The notes under the pieces: model-generated | Seen by the model: only the letters and a program-made list of their open reading frames with translations | Database searches by the model: none | Told to the model about the DNA's origin: nothing | Part shown: positions 1 to 10,167 of the stretch, piece by piece | How positions within the stretch are numbered: position 1 is the stretch's first letter | How the letters are laid out: every line of letters starts with the position of its first letter | Translations under genes and position numbers: made by a program | IMG/VR virus record: IMGVR_UViG_3300045988_174698 | Length of the DNA stretch: 64,000 nucleotides | Source of the DNA: a virus | Reading direction: 5' to 3' (one strand)

Positions 1-313
1 AGCCTTATATAAATTCAAAGCTAGAGGTTTTACCATTTCCTCTAGAGCAGTAATAGTATCAATCGTTATGTACTTATAAGGCTTCCCTGCATCGATAATT
101 GCTTTACAGACCTCTTTAATTTCTTTAACTGTATTTACTTTAATCTTAAGTGCATCGATGTAATCAGTTCCTGACTCACAATCGATAATTAGATTGTTAT
201 CAAGAGTTGAAAGAGTTGTAGTCTTCCCGCACTTTGGCAATCCATAGAGAATCAAGTACTTAGGGTCTTGTGTAGATGCTGGAATTTTACTTTTTGGTAA
301 TTCAATAGCCATA
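1..313 (-). CDS. RecA-fold ATPase, Sak4-like; C-terminus runs off the window
   Basis: Minus-strand ATG at 311-313. N-terminus MAIELPKSKI...LILYGLPKCGKTTTLSTL has a Walker A (GxxxxGKT) followed by ...IIDCESG, the pattern of phage Sak4/AAA ATPases. Confidence 0.45.
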
Positions 314-395
314 TTTAAAAACTAAATTTATTTTTATTTCTGATATCTTTTACTTCTGTATCTTTTACAGTTGCATCTTTTATTTCTTTTTCTCT

Positions 396-1271
396 TCATG
401 AAAGATAATCTTCATAATTTATTTCATCAGATTTAGGTAAAGGATAGAACATACCAATACTACCTTTGAAAGCAGACATGATAATTCTATTAGAAATACC
501 ATATCTATTTTTAAGAATAATAATAGATCTACAAATATCTTGTAAACCATATCCTTCGTTATCATCCATTATTTTATATCCTCTATAACTTTTTAGTTGG
601 GTTTTAAATGGACTAAATAATGCAATACAAATATCAGCAGCTTGTAATGGTTCACCTGACTGTTGAATTTCATCCGCAGTAGGCTCTTCCATACCAGCTT
701 TTCTCCTATCCATAGTTGTACTATTTCTATTTTCTTGCATTATAATATCAAAACTAGTCTGACATAGTTCTCTAAATCTGACACAATAAGTTGATATAAG
801 ATCCATTTCTTCTTTTTTAGTTCTCCCTTTTTGAGGATTTACTAAAAGTAAATGATCAATAACAACATTAACTATTTGATTAGGATTATTTGGGGTATAT
901 ATAGTTCTTTTTCCATCAGGACTTTTTTGAAAGGTTCCTAAACTTTTGTGGAGTTCCATCATTTCTGCATAAAAAGAATCTGCAGAGAGCTGTTTATCAT
1001 ATATAATAAACTTATGACTTATAGATTCTAATCACTCACGAGCTTCAATTACATACTTATGTATATCATCTGGTAACTTATTAGTAAATGACATTAATTG
1101 CATATATGTAACTTCAATACCATAAGTTTCATATAAATATAAGCTTAATAATTTCGCCAACAATGTATTAGCACTTAGTTCAAGAGAAAAATAAACTATA
1201 ATTATATCTTTATCTGGATAATCTTTTAAAATACGATATATATCTGTATATATAACAAAAGAGCTTTTCAA
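396..1271 (-). CDS. DnaB-family replicative helicase, C-terminal part (second segment of a split gene)
   Basis: ORFs 396..962 and 1032..1271 join in-frame through one TGA (..EAREW LESIS..). DnaB motifs present: IIIVYFSLELS (H1a), SGEPLQAADICIALF (H4, like SGxIEQDADxV) and ILKNRYG. The track's start is a TTG; the Walker A lies in the separate ORF at 2663..2860. Confidence 0.6.
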
Positions 1272-1708
1272 TTTGTTATCTTACTTGCTTTTTATCAAGT
1301 AATTCTTATAGTTTCCTATAAGTTCAGCATATATTTTCATCTCTTTGAGATGTCGGATACTCTTGGGAAAATTATATTCTGTATAACAGGTTCATTTCCT
1401 ATGCGTTACAATATAAAATAACTGTTAAATTACTTTATTATCTCGGGGTTAACATGCTTATATACAAAATTTGGATAATTATTCTGTACATATAGTTTAG
1501 CCTTCTCCGATATTACCCGATCATTATCTCTAAAATCACTTTTAGAGACGGCAAAATTATGATTTTTAAAACACAAATATCTATAATATTTCCTATTTAA
1601 ATAAATTGTAGAATTTTCATAAATTCACTGTAAAAATTTAATACTATTATTTATATTACTTTTTATATCAAATATTAGATCACTTGTTTTATTTGCAACA
1701 TATCATGT

Positions 1709-2122
1709 TCATGAAGTATTTGAATATACTTCTATATTTTGTAAAATATTTTTAGTTCCAACAATACAACATCTTGGTTTAAAAATATTTTTACTACCTC
1801 CATAAGATAAACATCCATCACCATCAAAATATCCTCTAATAAAATGTCTTATTAAATCTTTAGATTTAAAAATATTTTCATCAGGAAATTTTAAGACATA
1901 ACTTTTATTTGGAACACATCCTTTTTCTATTAGAGCATCTTTAATATGTTTACAAGAAATAGCAAATCTACATCGTTGCAATTTATTATCAGTTCTTGGT
2001 AATCTGAAAATATTTAAGGCACTATATAATTTTTCTAGATGTTCAATATCATCAATATGTAAATCACATGAGATATGGTAAGAATTTGTAGAAACATTAC
2101 CATCAGCATATAAAAATCCCAA
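1709..2122 (-). CDS. LAGLIDADG homing endonuclease (double-motif)
   Basis: Two LAGLIDADG-type motifs, GFLYADGNV and GYFDGDGCLS, with the spacing of a single-chain LAGLIDADG enzyme. The apparent start is TTG. The gene sits between the two DnaB helicase segments. Confidence 0.75.
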   Translation of the reverse strand: MGFLYADGNVSTNSYHISCDLHIDDIEHLEKLYSALNIFRLPRTDNKLQRCRFAISCKHIKDALIEKGCVPNKSYVLKFPDENIFKSKDLIRHFIRGYFDGDGCLSYGGSKNIFKPRCCIVGTKNILQNIEVYSNTS

Positions 2123-2195
2123 TCAATATGCTTTTGTTTCTGTGTCTATTACATCAAAAAATGATTCATTTACTGTTTTACGATTTAGGTTGAAA

Positions 2196-2621
2196 TTATG
2201 TTTTTTTTAGAAACTTTGAAATAACACAACCTTGAGTATTATATAATTTACCTATTTCTTTCAGAGACATACCGTTATTAAAACAATCAATCATATTTTT
2301 TAAATCATTTAATTTAAACGTATATGATATCCTATTACTTTTATGTGATAAATAAATTCCGCATCGTTTAAATAAATTACCTAATGCAGCAGATGTACAA
2401 TTGCACAATTTAGAAACAGATTTAAGTGATATTTCAGGATTTTCATGAAATTTACATAAGGCTTCTTTAACTTTTACATCATTTACTTTATGTTTTCTAA
2501 CATTCTTAAAATAAAAATCTAAAAGAATTAAATCTACAGCTTGTTTTGAAATATTTAATTTGTTGGATATTTCAAATGAATTTAAATTTTGTTTTCTTAG
2601 TTCTATTATTTTGTTTATCAT
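2196..2621 (-). CDS. HTH DNA-binding protein (NUMOD/sigma-r4-like), probably the DNA-binding module of the endonuclease cassette
   Basis: Two helix-turn-helix-like segments (ISNKLNISKQAVDLIL; SLKEIGKLYNTQGCVISKFLKK). Offset by +1 from the LAGLIDADG ORF, across an A8/T8 run at 2201-2210. Confidence 0.4.
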   Translation of the reverse strand: MINKIIELRKQNLNSFEISNKLNISKQAVDLILLDFYFKNVRKHKVNDVKVKEALCKFHENPEISLKSVSKLCNCTSAALGNLFKRCGIYLSHKSNRISYTFKLNDLKNMIDCFNNGMSLKEIGKLYNTQGCVISKFLKKT

Positions 2622-2662
2622 AGTAAAAATTATTTTAATTTTTACTACAAAAATAACGCAAT

Positions 2663-2860
2663 TTATTTATATTTACAAATATCTGCGTTGGAAATTATTA
2701 ATGTTTTACCAACACTACTTTTGCTGAATATTAACTTATATACACCCTTTTTAAATCCTCCAGTATAAAAATCCAATTTTAAAAGTCCTGTTTTAAGACC
2801 TATATTTTTACCTTCTCGCCCGTCTTCTATTTTAGAATATAATTCACCTACCAAACTCAT
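2663..2860 (-). CDS. DnaB-family helicase segment with Walker A (first segment of the split gene)
   Basis: GLKTGLLKLDFYTGGFKKGVYKLIFSKSSVGKTLI matches the DnaB linker-to-Walker-A region (GLxTGfxxLD...GKT). Ends at a TAA 13 residues after GKT. The FSLEM motif that should follow is 1.4 kb downstream in 396..1271. Confidence 0.55.
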   Translation of the reverse strand: MSLVGELYSKIEDGREGKNIGLKTGLLKLDFYTGGFKKGVYKLIFSKSSVGKTLIISNADICKYK

Positions 2861-3437
2861 TAAGCAGTTGTATAAACATCATAAGTACTGGTCTTACCTT
2901 GTATTCCCTTTATTTTCATTTCTTCAAATTCGTTTCACTTACAAGAAGCAACAAATTCAATAATAGGAATATGAATAAGATCGTTCATCTTAGCTCATTC
3001 TAATATTTCTAATACTTCTCGATGTTTACTTATACTATGTCCAATAGTTGATGCGTATCAAAAATAAAATTCTTGTAGGTCTCTAAATTTCTTAGAAATA
3101 TTCTTTAAACTTACAATCTTACCATTTAGATACAACGTTGTTGGATATGCATCCATTAACTCTTGTCCTAGTTCTCCAGTTAATTTGAAATACTGTTTAA
3201 TAAAGTTTTGATTAAACTCTATTTCATCAGGATCATAACAATTAGGATTATAATTTTTCTTAATAATACCTTTATCTTTGAGAGAATTAAATAAACTTTT
3301 TAATCGTTTATTACCACCGCCGTCATATCATTTTTTGAAATAAATACGATGCTCTTCGGGATTTCCATTCTCCGTTTGTGCAATAAAAGTTAAATATATT
3401 AACAAAACTTCATCAGCTGTTAACTGATATTTAGTCA
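2858..3437 (-). CDS. hypothetical protein (replication module), TGA-containing
   Basis: Hand translation MTKYQLTADEVLLIYLTF...KKWYDGGGNKRL... continues through several TGAs to a TAA that overlaps the ATG of 2663..2860 (TAATG). No motif recognised. Confidence 0.35.
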
Positions 3438-3513
3438 TAATATTTAAAATCGTATCTAACTTCATATAATACGATTAAAAGTAAACATAACGTATTACGT
3501 TAGATCTTTTAAA

Positions 3514-4740
3514 TTAAAATCTATGCTCTATATCTATTATGCCTTTTTTGGGTCTAGTAGAAATTTCACCACCTTTTAATATAACATCTAACTGATCCTC
3601 AGTAATAGTTATATAAGATTGATTTTTATTAGCATTATTATACCAAGTTTCTTCTATAGAACCTGCAATCACTAATGTAAAAAACTCTGCAACTTTATTT
3701 TCTTCAGCTCTGATCACACGGCCAATACGTTGTAAATCAGTCACTTGAGAAGAATTACAAGTTAAAGCTATACCTACAGATAATCCTCTAACATCGACAC
3801 CAGCATCTAAAGCTTTAGGAGAAACAATATTAGCAATATCTAATTGATTAAATGTTTCAAGAATTATCCTATTCTCCTTTTTCTTTTTCTGACTATGCAA
3901 TACTAAAGCTCTGGATTTAAATAGCTCTGCATCTTTTACAGTAGCAGTAAACAATATACATTTCTTGTCTCGTCTAAAGTCTAGAATTTTATTTGCAACT
4001 TCAAACTTTTTAGGATGAGTCATGACAAAAGTTTTTCTTAGCTTTAAGTATTTCATAAACTGAGCTAAGTAACCTCTTGTAGCATTATCACTTTTCCCAT
4101 ATTTTTGGGCCCAAATTTTCACTTTTTTGGGTGATTTGACTAGCTCCATCACCAGTTTAAAATCGTGATTAAAATAAGCAAATAATTGTTGGAATTTAGC
4201 ATTATACTCTCAATATTTCTCCATATCAACATGTAGAAGAACTTTATATTTTCTGTATGAAGATACTCAGTTATTTTCTAATGCTTCTTGTAATGTAATT
4301 GTATCACAAACGGACATAAACTGTTCAAGATATTTTTCACTTCCGTCTAGACGAGTTCAGGTTGCAGTTAATCCTAAAAGATATTTATATTCTACACAGT
4401 TATAGATATTGATAAACGTTGGACTTGCAGATAAATGACATTCATCTACTACTAATAGGTCAACTTGATATTGCTGTTTAATGATAGTATTAAATATTTC
4501 TACTTTACAGATAGAAAAGAGTTGGTTTTTAGCCAACTCTCTATTTCACTGTTCTTTCAAAACATCTGTTGGAACAGCAACTAATACTACGATGTTAGGA
4601 TTATGCTTATATAACGATTTAATAACCATTATACTACCATTTGTTTTACCTGTGCCAGTAGCCCATTCAAGTACACCTCTACCACCACTATCAATTCAGC
4701 GTCTTATACCTAATTTCTGACGTTCATCTCGGTTCATTAA
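3514..4740 (-). CDS. SF2 DEAD/DEAH-family helicase
   Basis: N-terminus MNRDERQKLGIRRWIDSGGRGVLEWATGTGKT (Walker A), VVDECH (motif II), GLTATWTRLDG (motif III, W from TGA), QRIGRVIRAEE (motif VI). ORF 3514..4152 fuses with upstream sequence through in-frame TGAs. The plus-strand ORF 4481..4720 is its antisense. Confidence 0.75.
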
Positions 4741-4773
4741 AGATACAAAAAATTGATTAGATATAAAAATAAG

Positions 4774-5619
4774 CTACTCTTTACTTGTCTTTTCGAATAT
4801 TGGTAATGAAATATTTCTTGCTTCAGCCACTCGTTGAATATTAGACATTAAAGTATTCCACTTATTTATATGATAATTTAAATCATTATCTAGTAATAAT
4901 AATATTTTATCTCTTAATGTCTTTAGTGCTATAGTTGACAATGATGTTATCTTAGGTAAAGAGGTAAGCTGAACTAATGAACGAAATTCAGAAAAAGATA
5001 ATCCTGTTGGACTAACTCGAAGTTTAATATCAGGATTCAAACATAATCTTTCCTTAATTACTTCCATTCTGTTACGTACTCTACCATTACTATCGACTTC
5101 AGTTAACTCAACTTTTTCATTATCCGTTAACCAGATTCCCTGTGCTAAAATAAACTTATCAGTAATCATTTTCTTATTTAAAATATCAAGTTTATCAAAA
5201 CAAGCATCCATGAGACGACTAACAGTTACCTTTTCAAAAATAGGCTCAAGTCCGTTAAATAGAACTGAAATAGATTCATTAAGTATATCCTCTTCATGGG
5301 AGGATCTTTGACTATTTATATAGTCAAGAATATCTTTCTTTGTTTTTATATCAGTGTCGCAGTCATGTAAAAGATATCTTACAAATAACTCTGTATTACA
5401 AGCATCCCATGTTTTATGAATATTTTCTCGAACGACATATTTGCCAGGGGACCATGGATATGCATTGTATAACATCTCATAACAGTGCTTATATCATTTC
5501 CTAATATCCTCTTCAGGAGCTGTCATAAGTTTTACATCGTTACCACTTTTATCTTTCCACGTTAATGATTCAATAGAATCCATTGCATTTTGCAATTTTT
5601 CACCAAATTCTGTACACAT
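4774..5619 (-). CDS. hypothetical protein
   Basis: ORF 4774..5475 extended upstream through a TGA to ATG at 5617-5619 (MCTEFGEKLQ...RKWYKHCYEMLYNAYPW...). Frame rechecked. Confidence 0.35.
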
Positions 5620-5620
5620 A

Positions 5621-5971
5621 CTATTCAAAATCAAATTTGTCTTGTTTACATATATCTTTTTGTTTAAAGAAATTTATAAAATAATTATTACTATAATTAT
5701 AAACTTCAAAATCTTTTAAATTTTTGTTAAACCATTGAGTAATACCACCTTCTACATATTGAAATTGTAAATAACCAATATCACCAACTTCAAATGTGTC
5801 AGCAGTATCCCAGTTTGGAAGTCTAACTATTGTAACATATTTTAAATCGTCTGTTATATTACGATTTAGGTCTTCAACAACTATTTCAGTATATTGTCCT
5901 TCTTGAATAACTAAGACTTTACAATATATTGTTACTGCTTGAGGGGTCATAATATCTACAGGTTTCTCCAA
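5621..5971 (-). CDS. hypothetical protein
   Basis: 116-aa ORF that overlaps the 3' end of the phosphatase gene in another frame. Confidence 0.25.
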   Translation of the reverse strand: MEKPVDIMTPQAVTIYCKVLVIQEGQYTEIVVEDLNRNITDDLKYVTIVRLPNWDTADTFEVGDIGYLQFQYVEGGITQWFNKNLKDFEVYNYSNNYFINFFKQKDICKQDKFDFE

Positions 5972-6725
5972 TGTTAAGTAATCGAAAACAGATATTATCT
6001 ACAATTTGAGTATTGCTTTGATGGAAATGTCCGTAATACCAATTAGTAATATCATCTTTATAATCATTATAGACCATATCCATAACAGCTCTCTCCTCTT
6101 CTATATCCTTTAATAATTCATTATCGTATTGAGAGTATTCTTGTACAATACTCCCCTTATCTGTTGGAAAACAGAATGAAGGAGCTGTATGAGAACAGAT
6201 AATATCTATTTTCGCGTCAACTTTAGGTCGATATTGAACAATCTCATCTTCCCAATACGTCTTAGGAGCATTTAGTTCTGCTGTTTTATAGTCACAATTG
6301 TGGTATTTCATATATCTAACTATATTAATAGAATCATTTTGCTTCCTAATAATTCTATCTACAGATGTAGCTCCTCCAATACAAAGAATATTAAGATTAC
6401 AAGTATTTATTATAGTATAGTCAGGAACACACTTAACATAATTAGTATTAATAAGTTGATTATTGTAATACTTTGGGTTACTGTGATTTCCTCTAATCCA
6501 AATAAATATATCATTAAACTTTTTTAATACTTTATGTAATTCAGGAATTACATGATCTGTATAATGTTTCAACCGCTCAAATCCTATTCCCACATCTCCG
6601 CAGAAAATAAATACTGAATTTTTTATTTTATATTGTCGAATGTTATGTATAACTGAATTCCATTCTCCATGTACATCTCCAACTATGTAGAGGTCTTTAA
6701 TTGTATCAGGAAGATTAATTGTCAT
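5919..6725 (-). CDS. calcineurin-like metallophosphoesterase (PP-lambda-like Ser/Thr phosphatase)
   Basis: YIVGDVHGE, FCGDVGIGFER and IRGNHS match the DxH(x)nGDxxDRG(x)nGNH(D/E) metallophosphatase signature. Confidence 0.7.
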   Translation of the reverse strand: MTINLPDTIKDLYIVGDVHGEWNSVIHNIRQYKIKNSVFIFCGDVGIGFERLKHYTDHVIPELHKVLKKFNDIFIWIRGNHSNPKYYNNQLINTNYVKCVPDYTIINTCNLNILCIGGATSVDRIIRKQNDSINIVRYMKYHNCDYKTAELNAPKTYWEDEIVQYRPKVDAKIDIICSHTAPSFCFPTDKGSIVQEYSQYDNELLKDIEEERAVMDMVYNDYKDDITNWYYGHFHQSNTQIVDNICFRLLNIGETCRYYDPSSSNNIL

Positions 6726-6731
6726 AACTTT

Positions 6732-7100
6732 TTATATTTTAAACCCTCCGATTGGAAGGGAATAAATATTATATATTTTGTTGTTAATCTCTATATAATA
6801 TCTATAAGAGTTAAAGATATTAATACAATAAAAGAAATCATTCTTATACTTAATATCACTAAGATAAAAACCTGATTCCTCAGGATTACTAAGGAGGTTT
6901 ATATCAAATTTTAGAAGATATGGTGGCAAGATATTCACATTACTAACTCTAAAGACTATTTTTAGTCCAAAACTAGAGTTGAATTTAGTTTTTGGTACAT
7001 ATGCTAAAACCCCCATTCCAATATTTAAACAGGCTTTAATATAATTAGGATCGTTTCTGTAGACAATTATGTTATGCTGTTCGAGCTCCAGTATAGACAT
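6732..7100 (-). CDS. hypothetical protein
   Basis: 122-aa ORF with an ATG at 7098-7100. Confidence 0.3.
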   Translation of the reverse strand: MSILELEQHNIIVYRNDPNYIKACLNIGMGVLAYVPKTKFNSSFGLKIVFRVSNVNILPPYLLKFDINLLSNPEESGFYLSDIKYKNDFFYCINIFNSYRYYIEINNKIYNIYSLPIGGFKI

Positions 7101-7333
7101 ATTAGTCTATGTCCCCCTTATAGGCATTCATAATAGATTTTTCCTTTCTAAGCCAAGAGCCCTCAGTTTCTGCTATATCTAGAACAGTACGGCTAATAGA
7201 TTCTTCTTCTCAATTTTGTTATCGTATAGCTTTTTATCTATACTTCTTATACTTCATTTTGTATAAGCTCAGCATATATTTTCACCTTCAGCATTATCTG
7301 TTAAGGGTAAATCACTCGTGGGTTTATTTTATT

Positions 7334-8089
7334 CTAATCTGTTATTAATATTTTATAATTGTATATAGCGTTGTATACCTGTTTTGGAAGTATATTTTTA
7401 TATTTGTTAGCATATTCCTTTAAACAAGTTTCTTTCTCTTTCTTATATGCTCTAAATGCTTCTTCAATTGTAGAAAAAGTTCCTATATGTTTTTTCTTAT
7501 TCATATAATTAATTTGAGCAATTATTTTATTGTTTTTGATTCTGACTCCTATTGGAGTATTACCTCTACATTGAAATCTTCAAGTAATAGCAGTATTAAT
7601 TTCCTTTGGGATAAAACAACAATAATTTGGAGAATAAATTTTATTCCCCTTTACCAAGAAATCTTTATCTATAACAAATGATTCGTTATAACAATTATTA
7701 TAATATCAATCCGCAAAATTCTGAAAATTTAATCATTCTTTACAAACAGTAACTCCATTTCCTCCATAGTTATTATATTCAGAAACTTTTGGACAATAAC
7801 ATCTTCCAATCATTTCTTTCCAAATTTTATAACATCGAGTTTGTTTACCGTTTTTGTCCCTAGAACTATATTGACCTACTCCAAAATAACCTGTATTGTA
7901 TACAGACGGATAATAAGGATCTTTAACAGAGCCCTTTTTTAGATTACCTAGTTCAGCAGTAATAATAGTACCTGTTTGTAAAAATTTTATTATTACATTA
8001 TATGAATCAATATATTCTAGAATGATAAAATCTCCAGAACTATTTGAAGTCATAATTTTATTTTCATAAATTTGTTTGTTATTTGTCAT
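7334..8089 (-). CDS. HNH-family homing endonuclease with a C-terminal AP2 DNA-binding domain
   Basis: ORF 7733..8089 continues through two TGAs to a TAG at 7334-7336 (frame checked). VIDKDFLVKGNKIYSPNYCCFIPKEIN is HNH_3-like. IGVRIKNNKIIAQINYMNKKKHIGTFSTIEEAFRAYKK is an AP2-type fold typical of phage homing endonucleases. Confidence 0.6.
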
Positions 8090-8264
8090 ATATCATAATA
8101 TTTTAATTAAACATAGTACAAATATACAAATTCTTTTTCAGACTCACAAACAAATTAGGTTCAAAACCTATGCGTTACACTGACTTAATATATTACTATT
8201 AAGTTTAGCACGGTATTAGCATCTCAGCCTTCACCGTTTTTGATTTATTCTATTCTACTTATTT

Positions 8265-8753
8265 CTAAGCAGACAGGCAGAATTCTACCTGCTCGTTCAC
8301 TAACATTCCTGTCTCTTTATCATGCCCGTTCAACCAGTTGAAAGTAGCCCAATCACCCTCATTAGCTGCCTGATCAACAATTTCATTAATCATTTGAGTA
8401 GTTTCAATTTCAAGATCTACGGTAATCTTAAAAGGATCTACCATATCTTCTACTTTCTTATCAAACTGCTCAATAGTAGGATAAATATACTCTGCATCGT
8501 TTTCATTTAAATATTTACGAATCCAGGAATGATGTAAGTATTCTTCATCTGCTCTTTGTTTGTAATACTCTTCAAGAATAACAAATCCTCTAACACCAAA
8601 GTAATTTGCAAAATTCATATACGCATTATGATTTTGCAATTCATGCTTAAGCTGACGAAGAAGTAGTTTTTGAATTTCAGCACTTAAAGTGCATTCACGC
8701 CTACTAACATCCTTTTTTTCTACAGGATCATTTGCCTCATTTTTAATTATCAT
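8265..8753 (-). CDS. ferritin-like (non-haem ferritin/FtnA-type) protein
   Basis: QRADEEYLHHSWIRKYL and INEIVDQAANEGDWATFNWLNGHDKETGMLVNEQVEF align with FtnA ([48 protein letters not shown]). Length of 162 aa fits a ferritin monomer. Confidence 0.6.
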   Translation of the reverse strand: MIIKNEANDPVEKKDVSRRECTLSAEIQKLLLRQLKHELQNHNAYMNFANYFGVRGFVILEEYYKQRADEEYLHHSWIRKYLNENDAEYIYPTIEQFDKKVEDMVDPFKITVDLEIETTQMINEIVDQAANEGDWATFNWLNGHDKETGMLVNEQVEFCLSA

Positions 8754-8790
8754 AAATTAGGTAATTTAAAGTATAAAACATTTCTGCTAT

Positions 8791-9153
8791 CTAGTAAATA
8801 TGGATCCTATAACTCTCCTTATGAAAGTTAAAGTTAAATTGATTTTCTAATAACCAGTAAATATCAGAATATATTGTGAATTCATGATTATTAATTACAA
8901 ATCTAAGATAAAAACTATCATAAGTAGTTAAATACCTAGTAATATCTTGTTCATTAAAATAGATAATATTTATACCCTCAAGTTCAATACCTAGATTCTC
9001 AAACTCTACTGTAAGTTCTTCACTTCCACAAACATCAATGATAGATAAGTACCTGTCAGTTTTTTTGTCAAATCCATCAATATACCCTCTCATGTGATTA
9101 ACACAAGGATACCAATGATTACCAACTCTTTTCAAAGTTAATTTCTTTTCCAT
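8791..9153 (-). CDS. hypothetical protein
   Basis: 120-aa ORF; its start overlaps the RNase H stop. Confidence 0.3.
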   Translation of the reverse strand: MEKKLTLKRVGNHWYPCVNHMRGYIDGFDKKTDRYLSIIDVCGSEELTVEFENLGIELEGINIIYFNEQDITRYLTTYDSFYLRFVINNHEFTIYSDIYWLLENQFNFNFHKESYRIHIY

Positions 9154-9155
9154 AG

Positions 9156-9626
9156 TTAATTCTGTTTAATATCTTCCTTTGGATTGATTACTGTTGCAGC
9201 AATATTAGCATAACAATCTGCAAGTTCATTAAATTTATTATTATTGTGGCCTTTTAATCAAAAGAACTTTACTTTATGAAAGTGTAATAGATTAACTATT
9301 TTAACTCATAGATCCATATTCTTCTTTGAATTATCTTGCTCTGCAATTCATCTATATACATGACCATTGTTAATACTACTAACAATATAACTTGAATCAG
9401 AATATATTTCTAAATTCCTAGGTTCCTTAAAATATTCTAAGGAGTATAGAACTCCCATTAATTCTGCTCTATTGTTAGTAGTATGTATATAACCTTGATA
9501 TAAAATCTTAATTACTTTGTTGTCCTCAGTAATTATAGAGGCATAACCCCCTTGGTCTGTTGTTGGTTTGTAACTTCCATCAGTATAGATTCTAATCATC
9601 AATAATTTCAGCATCGTCAAACTCAA
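9156..9626 (-). CDS. ribonuclease H (RNase HI family)
   Basis: IYTDGSY...GGYA..., TNNRAELMGVLYSLE and EIYSDSSYIV match RNase HI. Past two TGAs the C-terminus reads NMDLWVKIV...VKFFWLKGHNN, like E. coli NVDLWQRL...IKWEWVKGHAG. These alignments put Trp at the TGA positions. Confidence 0.75.
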
Positions 9627-9749
9627 TAACTCTTATAGTTCCCTTAAAGGCAGCCTCTCTAGAAACTAGAAAGTTATTAAAATCTTCTATAAATGCATCT
9701 TTGTTTTTATCTTCTATACTAATATAACCATTAAAAATGATGTCAACCA

Positions 9750-10130
9750 TTACTCAACAAAATAATTGGAATTAAAAAGCTTAGGATTATGTCTTTTTAA
9801 AAGTTTCTTCTCCTTTTCTATCATAATACTCATGACTTCATCAGCATAGTCATTTCTACGACCTCCAAAGTTTTCAATAACATGAAACGGATTCTCTAAA
9901 GCATTACGCTCAGCAATCTTTCGACCAATAGCTTTATTAAAGTTATCTACAGGCTGACATACTGCAAGTCCAAACTTAATAGTATGACTATTATCATCAT
10001 AAACTGCAGCTATAGTATACCTACGACATGGTTTAACATCATAAACAACAGTTTTCTCAATAATAGGATTCACAGAAACAGTGCCTTGATATACAGGAGC
10101 ACTGTAATAATACTTAACTACTCTACTCAT
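9750..10130 (-). CDS. hypothetical protein
   Basis: 126-aa ORF ending at a TAA. Confidence 0.3.
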   Translation of the reverse strand: MSRVVKYYYSAPVYQGTVSVNPIIEKTVVYDVKPCRRYTIAAVYDDNSHTIKFGLAVCQPVDNFNKAIGRKIAERNALENPFHVIENFGGRRNDYADEVMSIMIEKEKKLLKRHNPKLFNSNYFVE

Positions 10131-10167
10131 ATCTTTCTTATTTTTTTATGATTTACATTTTAAATTG

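Noticed and set aside
4481-4720. Plus-strand ORF (79 aa) in the helicase region
   Set aside because: It is antisense to the Walker-A/N-terminal part of the SF2 helicase gene 3514..4740, whose motifs are unambiguous, and has a low-complexity composition.
6300-6875. Plus-strand ORFs 6300..6527 and 6669..6875
   Set aside because: Antisense to the metallophosphatase gene. Ile/Asn/Lys-rich low-complexity translations of the kind expected from AT-rich antisense DNA.
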